Assembly: GCA_002633005.1 (NCBI GenBank)
Contig: NMRA01000024.1
Location: 1,207,903 to 1,271,902 of the forward strand
Direction of reading: 5' to 3'
DNA: 64,000 bases
DNA from: Phoronis australis
Lineage: Eukaryota > Animalia > Phoronida
The translations under genes were made by a program, and so were the position numbers. Below the pieces are notes generated by a model. That model worked only from the letters and a program-made list of their open reading frames with translations. It had not been told where the DNA came from and did not search any database. Each line of letters starts with the position of its first letter. Within the stretch, counting starts at the first letter, position 1. Shown here piece by piece: positions 12,801 through 24,449 of the stretch.

Positions 12801-15514
12801 GTCTAATCTTTCTTGAAAGTAAAAGTTTGTCTGTTGGTTGAATTAGGCATAGCCGTGTCTCACTAGGTTTCATGTTTAAAAATTAATACTGTTTAATTAT
12901 AAGTATATCCAGTTTGTGCGAAATTTATCCTTCGTCCATCCTTTTGATTTCTTCATTCTTCTTGTCACTTGTTCCACGCGAGTTAAAATTTGGGTACATG
13001 TGAGTATGAAAGCGCATTTCGTAAAAAAGCTTGATTTTCGTCAGCAGGTTTTTTGTCTGCTACTCCGCATGTAGCCTTATACATTTCTTGATGGACATTG
13101 TTCTTCATACAGGTGAAGAATTAATGTGGACTCCAGTCATGAACAGTCGGCTCTTTCTGTGCCTAGAAATCACTGAATTAGTGATAATCTCCGTCGTTAG
13201 GAGAGTAAGGGCCAAGTTAAGAACAGTAGCATACCTGAATCGAACGTTTTTGGACAAATATGAGTGCTCGGCTTGCTTGAACGTATCCTTGTTTTTTTAA
13301 ACTCATCGTATTTGATGGAAGGTATTATTGTGTTGTAGGCCAAAATTATGTGCTCAAATATATGTAAATGTGTTGGCTGCAAGAACTTTGAGGAGAGTCC
13401 CGAGCGCAAATCACTGATGAAGCTAGCCGACGCGGCCGAAGTGCGGGCACTGCAGCAGACGGCAGCTAAAACCAAACTGTCTTCCCAAATCAAAGATCTG
13501 CCCAGTCGACCACTGCAGTCGACGTCTGGCGAAAGGTAATTCTGGCTTCGGAATTGTTTGCTTTTTACACTACATTAAAGATATGTTGAGCACAGTTCTG
13601 GTAATGTGACTGATACCGCAGGATATCTCGTTTCACACAGCAACGAGTGTCAATCGTTTTGGTTAAATTTTTTTGGCACTCGATAAAAAATGGAATCGTG
13701 AAATAAGATGAGTTAATAAATTGTGTTCTTGTTTTCCATGGTTGTGCTGTTTTTGGAATGGAGCTGGTGTGTTTTATTTATAGCTTAATAAACCATTTCA
13801 TTATTATTCATCTTACTTGGTCATTGTTCATCAACTTATTTCCCTCTTTGAGAATTTGGTTTAATCTTCCTAGTTTTGTTCATTACTTTGTTTTCTGCGT
13901 AACATCATTGAGACGTCTTCTGTACATTGTTTTCGAATGAAATCGGTTCTTGTCAAAAGTCAGTAAATTTTTAGCACATATTCACCTGGTTTTATAGTGT
14001 TTTACTGACAATGCCTGTATACGTCAAGTTTTTTGCCACAACGTCAACTGAGATGAATATAAGGTTCACCAAAGTTCGTCAACGTTTAAGAATATCATTG
14101 TGCTCAACTGTTTTCAGGTTGCCATACTCATTTGTAACAAATGAGGTTGCCGAGGCAACATGCGCTTGTCTGGTGGCGCAGGCCGAGGAGGCGGAGAAGA
14201 TGGGGTTGGAAGAGGAGCAGGTGGAGAGGCTGGTGCTGGAGGAGTTTGGCCGGTGTCTCAAGCAGGTCATAGATTCGGCCAACAAGACTAAAGGTACGTG
14301 ATACAACGGTGGAGGCGAATTCGTGTCTGTTTGCAGTGCTTGGTGATGTACCGTTTTGTCAACAGCACTAGACGTATAAAAGCGGTGTTGGTCATGGTGT
14401 GTACCCAACCCATTTTGAAACCTGCGCTTGACTACATGAATAAAAAGGCATCTGCTCGCATCAATTTCAGCCAAGGTCTTTAATTTTTTTTTGAAAAACA
14501 CAACATTCGTGCAAGCAAGATTTTAGGTGCTCTGGCTTGCCAAGTGAGGCATTGTTACCTGTTAATGATACTTTACTTTGCATGATTTGCTAGTTGACAC
14601 AGACATGAGCACAGGCAATCGAATTGCTGCCACATTGGAAGTCATTTGAATTGCATGAAAGGAATATAAATAAAAACTTCCTTAACCATTGCTCAGTGAG
14701 CAACTTAAAAATATCACGACACATATTTTCAGAAAAACCACAAGCCACAAACCAGAAGCAACGACTAAGCGAATTGTAATCAAATCGTGATGCAGGAGAG
14801 ACCGATTTNCAACGCCGATAGCCCCAATACTGAACATGACGACAGTCGTGCCCTCGGTCACACCGTCACTGATCATAGCTACGCTGTGTTTACAAACGAG
14901 AGAGAGGACTTGCTTGATATTATAAAGCAAAAAAATGAAACATGGTTTTTAGTTTGCAAATCACTCCAAATGCATACACTATCCAGCCTGGTCAAGACAT
15001 GCCTGACCACAAGCTATCCCATGAGCCTTTGCGCAGGAAGTAACTCGCACATGCGCAATGCGTAGTTCGTTTGTGCTGCAAATCCGCTATTGAGACATTG
15101 AACAAAATTAACAGCTCGTTACCGTTAAGTTGTTGGCAGATCCTAATATTTCATAAAATTTTGTATTGTCATCATGAAAATTCAATGTTTGCTCCAACTG
15201 GTATTGTAGAGTCACATGTTTCTAAACTAAAATGGCTGCGCTCAACAATTTGGCAAGAGAAAAATCATTTGAGAAAAAATTAATGGATTTAACAAACTGG
15301 AATCAAAAATAATAAAATTCCTCCCAAAAGAATCTAAAAGCAACTATGCTTTTTACCCCAATCTCCAAAGGTTAGGCGTACTAGCTGTCTTGATGTAGCT
15401 ACTGTCCTTCTGGGAATCTATGAGACAGTAAAACCGCTCAGTCTTTTGTTGTCTTCTCTGATTGGATTATAATGTCTTTGTCTTTCAGTTATGCTCGAAG
15501 ACTCTCCGCTGTGA
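839..15514 (+). CDS. LIN54: Protein lin-54 homolog (tesmin/TSO1 CXC-hinge-CXC; MuvB/DREAM subunit), whole spliced gene
   Basis: join(839-857,3679-4481,5974-6139,7265-7362,8000-8236,8531-8676,9214-9291,11749-11894,12302-12396,13339-13535,14118-14293,15489-15514). All introns are GT-AG with consistent phases, giving 728 aa (722 aa if exon 11 reads through to TGA 14301). Diagnostic motifs: [80 protein letters not shown]. Confidence 0.95.
1148..1872. repeat. Near-identical 359-bp direct tandem duplication in LIN54 intron 1
   Basis: tgtttctaccttgttgcaacgaagg starts at 1148 and 1507; the copies differ by a few substitutions and 1-nt indels. Confidence 0.95.
3679..4481 (+). CDS. LIN54: LIN54 exon 2 (low-complexity S/T/P/V-rich N-terminus with many SP/TP sites)
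   Basis: Acceptor tttttctttgtttag|GC, donor GTG|gtaagt; lies within ORF 3579-4499. Confidence 0.9.
4692..5678 (+). mobile_element. Degenerate Helentron/HINE-like non-autonomous element in LIN54 intron 2
   Basis: T-run start (ttttgccccg), gtccgtacgtc microrepeat, recurring (g)tgacc(t)tgac and atatctcatgaacaaag units, end gtcaccccgtga...atgcttgt. Confidence 0.45.
5974..6139 (+). CDS. LIN54: LIN54 exon 3
   Basis: cttctgcttcag|TCC ... CTCG|gtaag; encodes [17 protein letters not shown], a conserved LIN54 motif. Confidence 0.92.
7265..7362 (+). CDS. LIN54: LIN54 exon 4
   Basis: tctcccacag|CT ... ACGCAG|gtaag; [16 protein letters not shown]...; phase 1 to 0. Confidence 0.85.
8000..8236 (+). CDS. 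LIN54: LIN54 exon 5
   Basis: cccacag|AGC ... GCTCAG|gtgagt; QRLLLPA...[10 protein letters not shown]...[12 protein letters not shown]. Confidence 0.92.
8531..8676 (+). CDS. LIN54: LIN54 exon 6
   Basis: ttctgtctcag|CTC ... AACGG|gtaggc; LQLNNQQ...YVPIMSN...NAVNG; phase 0 to 2. Confidence 0.87.
9214..9291 (+). CDS. LIN54: LIN54 exon 7 (start of CXC1)
   Basis: ttattgcag|T ... AAACT|gtaagt; [17 protein letters not shown]. Confidence 0.93.
9837..11317 (+). mobile_element. Helentron-associated (HINE/DINE-1-like) element with internal ~449-bp tandem repeats, in LIN54 intron 7
   Basis: Sub-terminal inverted repeats ATGCGCCCACA (9841-9851) and TGTGGGCGCAT (11283-11293); (CCGT)n near 9884-9916; unit gatccgactactggtgtgccccctagtggcaatttt at ~10011 and ~10460, partial third at ~10903; 3' hairpin CAACGC-tct-GCGTTG (11296-11310) followed by ttcttgt. 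Confidence 0.8.
11749..11894 (+). CDS. LIN54: LIN54 exon 8 (CXC1 end and hinge)
   Basis: ctatttcag|A ... ATAG|gtaat; [22 protein letters not shown]...[13 protein letters not shown]. Confidence 0.95.
12302..12396 (+). CDS. LIN54: LIN54 exon 9 (start of CXC2)
   Basis: ttcacag|GG ... TATGAG|gttag; [32 protein letters not shown]. Confidence 0.95.
13339..13535 (+). CDS. LIN54: LIN54 exon 10 (CXC2 end)
   Basis: tgttgtag|GCC ... GAAAG|gtaat; [36 protein letters not shown]. Confidence 0.95.
14118..14301 (+). CDS. LIN54: LIN54 exon 11 (C-terminal helical region); ends at donor 14293 or stop 14301
   Basis: ttttcag|G TTG CCA TAC...; [27 protein letters not shown]...[23 protein letters not shown]|gtacgt is a plausible donor, but reading through gives GT-stop. 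Confidence 0.92.
14610..14945 (+). mobile_element. Possible decayed THAP-protein/transposon remnant (DHSY motif plus coiled coil) in the last LIN54 intron
   Basis: ORF 14787 contains VTDHSYA followed by [14 protein letters not shown], the DHxY plus coiled-coil layout of THAP proteins; the zinc finger itself is barely recognisable. Confidence 0.3.
15489..15514 (+). CDS. LIN54: Putative LIN54 terminal coding exon (VMLEDSPL*)
   Basis: Strong acceptor tgtctttgtctttcag| in phase with the donor at 14293; no homology support. Confidence 0.5.
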
Positions 15515-17063
15515 GTGATCTATACGGCGATACTCGAGAACCGCTGTTCAAAGCTTGCTATGTGATATTGTACTTGACTGTTGAGTTGTATCAGATCATG
15601 GAACTATTAGCTGATCAGACAAATGATTGATTATAGGTTATTTATATTCTATGAGTGATTTTGGACTTTGGTGCATACTTCCTTTCCTGTCTGGAAAAAA
15701 TGTTTGCGATCAGTTCAGGAAGTCGACTAATTTTTCTTACCGGTGTCCCGTGCATGCGTAAGTGTTGTATGTAAAAGCAGTGCAACTCCGTAATGTCAAC
15801 GAGTTTCTAGGTGTTTGCATATTTTGTTTGCTTAGCAAACCCAGTGTCATAATAGTCGAGAATTGTAAGTGATCCAAAGTGACCTAACGAACGTTACTGA
15901 CGTAAAAGTGGGTTGATTAAATTTAGTAATAGCTAAAGCATATGGAAAAGTCACTAAGAGTGGTTCAGTGAGATAGTGGAGGTCACGCATGCTGCACAGG
16001 TGCCAGCATTTGAGACTAAAAGCATGGAGCGCCACCTAGATTGAAAGACTGGGACATCTGAGTACAAAGTTGGACATGGGCGTGTCTGCCAAAACTGTCA
16101 GCCGAAACAATCAACCCAACAGCTTTATTTTGCTCGAACAGAAAATTACGGAATGTTGTGACACCCAAAAGCGTAGCGAAACCGTTTCTTTTTGGGATTG
16201 ACATGGTAAATCACAAAGTTATATGATAACGTGTCAATTTCGCTGTGTTAAAAAACTGGACATCTAATTTGTGTGGTGGAATGGCGGGACAAACCTTGAG
16301 GAAGAGAGACAGTTTTGGTTAAAGCGGAACTGTTGGCAAGTACGCATATAGTGGCAGTGTGTTACACGGTGTGTTACATTATCACCTCTTGGGGAAGGAC
16401 AGATTCCTGTGATCCTTAATCTCTTGTCACACAAATCTTAAATAGGCACGTTCAAACTGGCCATAGACTGATATTGCATTCATTTGTTTCAACACAGAAA
16501 GAGTTTTTTACTCTCTTCAGTATTGTTACTTTAAAAACTTACGAAAGTATCTCCCAGAGATCGGTTCAGTTCTAATTTATTGTAGTAAAATCACATGAAT
16601 TACGGACACGGCAATTTTGAAACTCCTTGAAAATTAGAAAAAGCAATTTTGGCGTTTGTTATTATTTTTTTAAGTGTCCCGATGTTTCCATGCTGACTAA
16701 TCAGACATAGTGCGTCTCTATGCAAACATCTGCTGAACTACGAGTTGACTGTCGATGTCTCTTAGTCCGCCAACGTTACTCGACATCGTATCTCATGGAA
16801 ACGAATATATTTTTTTACTTTAATTTTACGTACAAATACCGTCAGCTAGAAGTTTACAATATTGCTTTATATTTTTGAAGAAAATATGAGCAGGGATCTA
16901 AAGCCACTTACGAATTTTTTAATTCACTCATGTATAGTTTATTATCATCATACTCTAACAAACTGGTTTTTTGTGATGTTTTCATATTGATTCTAATACG
17001 TAAAAGGCGCTTTACTGACTTTCAAGTGTATAGTGTTATAATTTGCTGTAGACTGCATTATAT

Positions 17064-17105
17064 TGAACTGAACTGAACTGAACTGAACTGAACTGAACTG
17101 AACTG
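17064..17105. repeat. (TGAAC)n microsatellite
   Basis: About 8 perfect pentamer units. Confidence 0.95.
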
Positions 17106-19591
17106 TACAGTACCAAACATGGTGCACAGTTTTGTATTGAACTGATCTGTTCAGTACAATGCTATGCAGTGCCATACAATACAGCACTGTAGAGCTGCAC
17201 TGTGCTTCTTTGAAATGAACTGAATGATACAGTACTGTTTAGCTGTCCAGTCAAAACCTGGGATTTTTTTTGTTTTGTTTTAGTTAAAGTCTGTTTAACC
17301 AAAGAAATTGTATACACAACGTTTGCCTTAACAGTAACTTGATGGAACGCTAGAACCAAGGGAACATTGTGAACCAGACCCAGGTTGGTGCATACATTTC
17401 CGTGCAGCTCTGCTATGTTGTATTGTGCTTGATATTGTGGTACTGAGTCGTACGGTATGTGTACAGATCTTTAAAGATTACCAATGACTTTCCTTTCTTA
17501 TGATGAATATTTTTAAGGAACATGGATAATTTCACCTCACGTAATCACCTAACCCCAGGGATGTTCACATTTTGATATCCTTCAACCAAAATCTGCAAAC
17601 CTGTCATGAAAAGGCTAGGAAAATGTTGATGTAATTGTTTACGTTCGCGCTACCAAACACAACATCTTCATTGAATTGGCTTAAATGTGATGCTAGTTCA
17701 TGTGATGGGTTATCTCACCGAATGCTGTTGGTCAAATGATACGTGCAATGCCATGTTTGTTATAAACAAGGCATTAAGTTCACTAAGTAACTGCATTCTT
17801 GGATGTTTGATATTTGGACATATAGAGGTGTGTGAAATGCACAGAAAGTAGTTATCTTGAAGTCATTGTTAATCTTAACGTTTCTGCAAATCATGCCGCT
17901 GAAAGCTACAGACTGTTAAATAAGACCTAGATTGAAATAGACAGTTGACTTAATTTGCGATGACAAAACTGGAGGTATAGAGGGACGTTTTGTAAAATGT
18001 GTCTGAGGATAGCTTGCTTATGGTTTATCTAAGGTAAATGAATGAATTGTCAGATATCTGTGGTTTGTATAGGTTGAGCCAGTTCACAGTTGAGCTATTA
18101 CCACAGGGGGTAGCTTTGAGGCCATGTAGTTTTGTGTCAAGAAACTTGATATTTCAAAGTTGTTTCATTTTTAGGCATGATTCACACTTCCGTGCATATT
18201 TTGTCATGTACTTAGTGACCGTCTATAAAGTCTCTTAGATGTCTACATTGAGCCCGTATCCTTGGTTTGTTATGGAATTGTGCTGCACAAGATTGAGGTG
18301 AATTGTTAGGAATTGGGTGAAATCATTCACTTTCTCAAACAAAATTAGTGGAAAAAGTTCTGTCGAAATTTACCAGTTTGGGACAGTGAAAAGTTAAAAA
18401 TCCTTTTGCTAACGCCGGAGTTAATACTACATTATAGAAAGAGACGGTGTTGACCGTCTTAACTTCAAGAATTACAATCATCCACGAATCGTCATTGTTA
18501 CACCAAATTGGGATGCACGAAAATATTTTGCCCTGAGCTATGATTTTTTAACTTCCTGGTATGTTTTCAGCTGATACAGAATGCAGTGTTCAATTTTTGA
18601 AAAATATGTTTAACACCATTATGCCCATGTTACAATCTTTGGAATCAAGATAGTTCAATTTCTGCTTGAATTTCACTGTACCAAATTTAGGGATGCTTGA
18701 AAACGTTTCATGGGGTACTATTTCCAACTGTTATGAAACAGCCTTGTCCATTTTCAATTGGTGTGATATTTGAAAAATGTTGCCCATGTGCCAAGCTTCA
18801 GAATCGAGACAATTGAGTTTGGTCTTGAATTTTACTGTATCAAACTTTATAGACTGTCCTAACTAGAGGATTTCTGTGTTAAATGTCAACCCAACAGTTC
18901 CTGTGTGAGCTGGCTTGATTGGTCCCAGTGAGGAGATTGTTTTTGCTGAGTTAATAATTTGTGTGCATTAATATGACTCACAATTTTCATTCACTTGGTG
19001 AAATTGTACAGAAGAGGAATGTCAATGAATGTGTCAATTTAAGTTGTATAATTTAAATTTTATTTAATTTTTAAATATTTCAGAATCAAGTTATTTAGTT
19101 CAGCAAAACTTTTGGCTGATTTCTGAATTTAAGGGAGTTTTTAACCGTTACTGAGAGAAGACCTTTTGTTTTTCTTTTTTGTTCTAACTGGTTGCTTCTG
19201 GATGATTGTTCAGGTGTGTACGATGAAGGGTCTCTTTATATTACTGTGAATTATTTGACAGACTCTTTCATGATTGTGAATGTGTTTTGTGAAATGTATG
19301 GTCATGAAATACTGCTGAACTATCAACTAAGTTTTCCTTAGAGTGCTTACAACATACGACATGGGTTTTCTTTGGAAATGTTTTAAAATACATTGTTATG
19401 ATGTTGCAGTGCAGAAGATTTGAAAGGTTAAGTCCAGGATGTTGAAAAGTTGTGCCAGGTTTGAGGAAGCTGTATGTCTGCAACCACAAACTCTCATGCC
19501 AATATGGTCACTGTAGCAAGAGCGCCTGAAAAGCGTTTACAAAATGGTCATCAAAACATGATAATATCTCAGTGACAACTGCTGTGAACAT

Positions 19592-19797
19592 GGGGCTCGT
19601 TCCAAGAAACTGACTTAAGTTCATTTTTAACTCAAGTCTAAGATTTGTCTAAACTTCCAGACTTAGAAACTTCCAAATACCTTACTCAGTAAGAATTAAG
19701 ACAAAAGTTACAAACTGAAGTCAAAACTCGAGATCTCTCCTGAATCGAACTTTAGACAAATTCAAGTTTTGCCTTAAAATTGACTGGAACGTGCCCC
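19592..19797. mobile_element. MITE (PIF/Harbinger-like termini)
   Basis: Imperfect TIRs GGGGCTCGTTCCA / TGGAACGTGCCCC with an internal (act)taag-rich interior. Confidence 0.45.
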
Positions 19798-20624
19798 TGT
19801 CTTTCGTCCAAGCTATGCTAACTTTTGATGTAGACCACTTGCTGTTGTACACCTTGCTAGGCCCCATTTAAAGGAGGCTGCCATTCAGTGATTACCTGAC
19901 ATGTCTCCCCTGAGGTGCTGAAAACATCAGGTATCCAATGGTGTTCAGCTCTAGCGAAAAGGGAGATAACTCTACTGCAGAAGACGAACTGCATAGTCTG
20001 TACAGTTGCTCTCAATTTGTTCCTAAGAGAGAAATGGTTTCTGAGTTTCTTAGCCAGAAATGATTTGACCGTTTGTTTTTACTTGAGACCATGGTCGGGT
20101 CTTTAAATTACCTACCATTGGAGTGATAACAAACTGTCCATTACATCCAAACCCAGATCCTAGAAAGCATTACCTTATTTGAGTAAAGAGCAACTAGAGA
20201 GATCAGTTATAAAACGCCAAGCGGTCATAATCAAAGTTAGTTAATTTGACAGAATGTTGGTTTAAAAGAGCTTAAACCATTTTTATCTTTTGGGGATTGT
20301 GGTGTGTAGTCAGCGTGAATTATAGTTCGTTCAAATTTGGCTCACCTTTTCGAAGCGTCCTCTGTCGGGGTTGCAGGTACTCGGTTTGTAGGTGTACTTC
20401 TTTTTAAATGACATTGCTTAAAATGAAATACCTAGCTGTCGTGTACGTTTATTTATAATACAATTGTACAGATAATGTTGTGGAGGGTTTACCTTTTTCG
20501 AAATAGTTGTAATTTGTAGATATGTATTAATATATGTGCATTTTGAACGAAAATCTCTTGTAGTGATATCTTACAACTTTTGAAAGAGATTTTGTAAAAT
20601 GACAAGGAGGCACTTCGTCGCTTA

Positions 20625-20865
20625 TAAAAAAAAATAATTGCAGGTGGTTTGATACACGTTGTACCAGACGTGCGCAGGCCTCCCATGTGGGCCCATTGCA
20701 CTGATCGCCTGGAAATATTTTTATGCTTTATTAATATATGGTTAAAACCGAGCTGAGGAGCTAGAAACCTGGCTCAAGGGTTTAGCAGTGTGACCTGGTG
20801 GGACTTGAACCCACGACCTCCAGTAAAGAAAGCGGGCACTTATCAACCTGGCCACACTGCCTCCT
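20625..20865 (-). mobile_element. tRNA-derived SINE, full length, with 14-bp target-site duplication
   Basis: Minus strand head gcagtgTGGCCAGGTTGataag...GGTTCAAGTCCcacc (A and B boxes), T-rich tail; flanking direct repeat CACTTCGTCGCTTA at 20611-20624 and 20866-20879. Confidence 0.85.
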
Positions 20866-21384
20866 CACTTCGTCGCTTACCAAGGATCATACTTTTTTGC
20901 AGAAAACAATAATTCGCTATTCGCTGCAATGGCATGTTTGTTCTGCTAGCAGTCAAGGTTAATGTTACGTCGCCCATTTAATCTCGTGAGGTGCTCGTCC
21001 CCTTTTCCCCCAGGTATGGTAAAAAATGTCCAATTTGTAGGGGCTTCACGGGCACTTCCTTTGAAAATTGGCGAACTTTGGAATATCGTGTCTCAGAAAA
21101 GGCTGGTCGGATCATACGAGAGTTTCAAGTGTTATGTTTCATGCATTGTTTTCTAAAACTCACTTGAGCGAGGTGCGGACAGAATTGGGAGTTATGTAGT
21201 TTTCATGGAAAATTCAGTTTTACGAAATGAAATGAAAAAGATAACCTAAGAAACTGAAATTAGCGTTTTCTCTTTTTTGAAATTATGTCTTGAACATTTG
21301 CATGAAACAAAATTTGGTGATGTTTTTGACACCGTTATTTTGCTATCAATGTACCTTTAAATTCCACAAGCTTTCAGTTTTCAG

Positions 21385-21385
<1 letters not shown>

Positions 21386-21422
<37 letters not shown>

Positions 21423-21438
21423 CACGCACATACACACA
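21386..21438. repeat. (CA)n microsatellite
   Basis: Direct reading. Confidence 0.95.
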
Positions 21439-23701
21439 ATGCCAAGGTTCCAAAACGAGGGTTGCAGAATGCAAGCCCGTAGTCAGCATTGCACGTGGAG
21501 TGACTCGAATTTCTAGTACGGTGGACCTTTGATATTTTACAAACGTCGACATTGTAGAGTTTTCGGTAACAAAAGGCCCTTGACGCAGCTTAACTAGGGA
21601 GAGGGAAATCTACACAACGACGACTCTCAGCTCTATGTTCCCGAGATCAGACGGAATTCGTAATACCAGAAATGACGATGCCCTAACGGTTGCTCACAAA
21701 GAACGGAACCCAAATTCGGATGTAATGGGGTCCAGAAAGAGAATGTCCCCGCGTTACCCCCTACCAAACTTTCAAACCGGGCGTGCTTAAATGAGTGATT
21801 ACATCTCATTACATACTCGGTCTGAAATATTTAATCGAAGCATGATCGACTTGACTATTTTGAACTGGTTGTATTTTGCGTGATACTTAACTTGCTTACA
21901 TCGCTGGAAATGGGAACAGCCCAGTATGCCAAAGGTTCACTATTCCGAAAGTTCACAACTCCGAAAAGATCTAAAATTTCGGACTTGGGTGTATCAGATA
22001 TCCCCATTTACCTGCAAAAACAAACGGCACTTCGGTTATTAGATGCACTATGTGATGTACCTCTACTAAAACAACGCCCGGATTTCATGCGCATGCGAAA
22101 TTGCCCGCATGTCTTTCGAATACGGAAAATGAGTACTTACTTAAATTTTTAAAAGATTGTGGAGTAGGAATATTGATGAATTATCACCCACAATGCATTC
22201 ATCAAATCCATGTCAACGGTCGCATCATTTCACAGCGTGACTGAGCTAGTTTAGGGCTGCTGCCCCTCACTGGCAAACTCACCCATCGGAACCACGCGCA
22301 TGCCCGGGTCTAAACTAGTAGTTAGTAGATTACCCTGTCCGTGCCAGTCTTCACGAAGTCGGAGAGTCCCATTCAGTCTTCTTAAAATTAAAACCGCAGC
22401 TATTGGTCGCTGAAATCCTGACCCGATGTTGTCCCTGCTTGAGACAAAATGAGTTGTAAGATTCACCAAAAGTTCAAATATATTCCGTTAAAAAGGAAAG
22501 ACAAAACATATTATTACAGATGTCTGGCCAATATCATGAGTCGCCACTCGTAAGCAAATCAAAGCTGTCCTTACTCGTTGCCTTATCTCGCACTACCTCA
22601 ATCGACTAGTTTTCAGTTCGCAATGCAACAATACAATTCTCAAAAATTCAACTTGTAATGGCCCCTTTCAATTTCAAACCATGCCCGAAGTACTCGGAAA
22701 CAAATTATTGTTAGATACAACGAGGTTTTTTCTCTGAAGTGGATCGTAAACACCAGGAGAGTTTTCCTCACATAGCTATTTTGGTTTAGAGCTGAATTTT
22801 AGCTCCCATACTATGGGCCGGGCCGGTTAAGGGCCAATCCCTGTTGTACGCACTACGTCGAACATTGGAATCAAACTGTTATATATAGAGAAAACGTTTA
22901 TTAGTATACTGGTGTGAATATTATCAGTGATTTAACCAAAAACTTCGAATTAACTAGACCCACTAATGATAGTCTATGATGATAAACTGATATCAAAAGG
23001 CCAAAATTGGCAATTTTCGGCCACCCCATGTTAAATACAAAATTTTGTCTAATTTTCTTCAAACTCCTACATTTCAATCTTGATTATAATGACATCTGTT
23101 GGGTCTATCGGCAACTAACCGCACTTGAAAGGCTTGGTCGAAATTTATCGTTTTCTCACATGCACTATCGGGTTTTTAGCGGCGATTCCATTGATCGAAG
23201 CGACAAAATAAGCCAAAACTTTGGCCATACCATGTTAAACATAAAATTTTTTCCAATTTTGCTGAAACTTGGCCACGTTTTTAACAAAATACTTATCTAT
23301 GTTATGTGCTATCGGCAAATGTGATTGATTCATAAATAAGACCCTCACGCTGTGTTTTCTGCGAATCCCATGTATCCTGAAGGGGGCTAACTGAGTGATT
23401 TTCGCGCATGCGCAGTTCACGGTTTCACTATTGCTGGTAACGCACGATTAACCACAACACTCATACTAAAAGACCTACTTGTTTATGGTCCACAGCGTTT
23501 GTGCGCGAAACCTACTTCTTTTCGTAATGCTTATTACACGTTTTATATTTTGTGCCATCAATTGTTAACAAATTTGTCGTATTTAAAATAGTCTTCAAAT
23601 GCCCAAAAGACCAAATCCGTTTTTCGTGTTGGCAATAATGACGGGATTGCTTTGGAAATCGTCTTAAGATAAGGTTTGACAAAGAGAGTATTGCGAGTTT
23701 C

Positions 23702-23761
23702 NNNNNNNNNNNNNNNNNNNNNNNNNNNNNNNNNNNNNNNNNNNNNNNNNNNNNNNNNNNN
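23702..23761. other. Assembly gap (60 N) next to a G/C-run MITE end
   Basis: N run, followed by gggggcccgggccccctgggccccccctaaatccgcctatg. Confidence 0.98.
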
Positions 23762-24449
23762 GGGGGGGGGGGCCCGGGCCCCCTGGGCCCCCCCTAAATC
23801 CGCCTATGCTGCTAGTTTGTTTCTTGGTCGATTTTAAGACGTTCACACGGCATTACTTAATCTAATCTGGGAGCTATCTCGCTGCTATATAGCCTAGGTA
23901 TAGACATTTACTTCTAGACTCCCGTGTTACCCTATGTTGTAGCCACCACGCGCGTTCAATGCCGATGAATAACACAAAGCCTCCTCTAATCGTCTGCGCG
24001 ATCCTATCATAAAGCACCATTCGAACGAAGGTGACCGGGTACGGCCCGATAATTACGTGAACTAAATCACTAATTAGTGACTTAGTAATCATTGTAGTTA
24101 GTATAGTACCAGTAACTGCAACAATTTTGTTGTTGTTGTCCATCTATATCCCATCTTTAACGGATAGGTCGGACCTGGACCTTTTCCGCGGTGGGGTTCG
24201 ATCGAACCCCCCCCCTGGCTACGGGCCTGGAATGACACCACTGTGGGGAGATCTTGGCCACAATTCATTTACACTGCAGAAGTAGCCTTGTTGGTTACAT
24301 GGCTTTCTGCATTTTCAGGTGAGCTTGCCGTCTAGAACAAGTCCTTAAAGTTTAGAACAGGCCACTATGACTGCGCATCTGGTAATTTCAACATTGCATT
24401 CGATCATACATAGTGACCCTGCCGTTACTGAATAATCGATAATGTATCT

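Noticed and set aside
15515-20500. Possible multi-kb LIN54 3' UTR or separate genes from short ORFs
   Set aside because: No coding signature, and the transcript end cannot be fixed from sequence alone.
20790-20862. tRNA gene
   Set aside because: A and B boxes are present, but the acceptor and anticodon stems are poor, and it has a body, tail and TSD, so it is a SINE head.
22080-23420. NRF1-like GCGCATGCG motifs (22088, 23404) as a promoter of an unannotated gene
   Set aside because: No associated exon or ORF was found, and the surroundings look like MITE/TE fragments.
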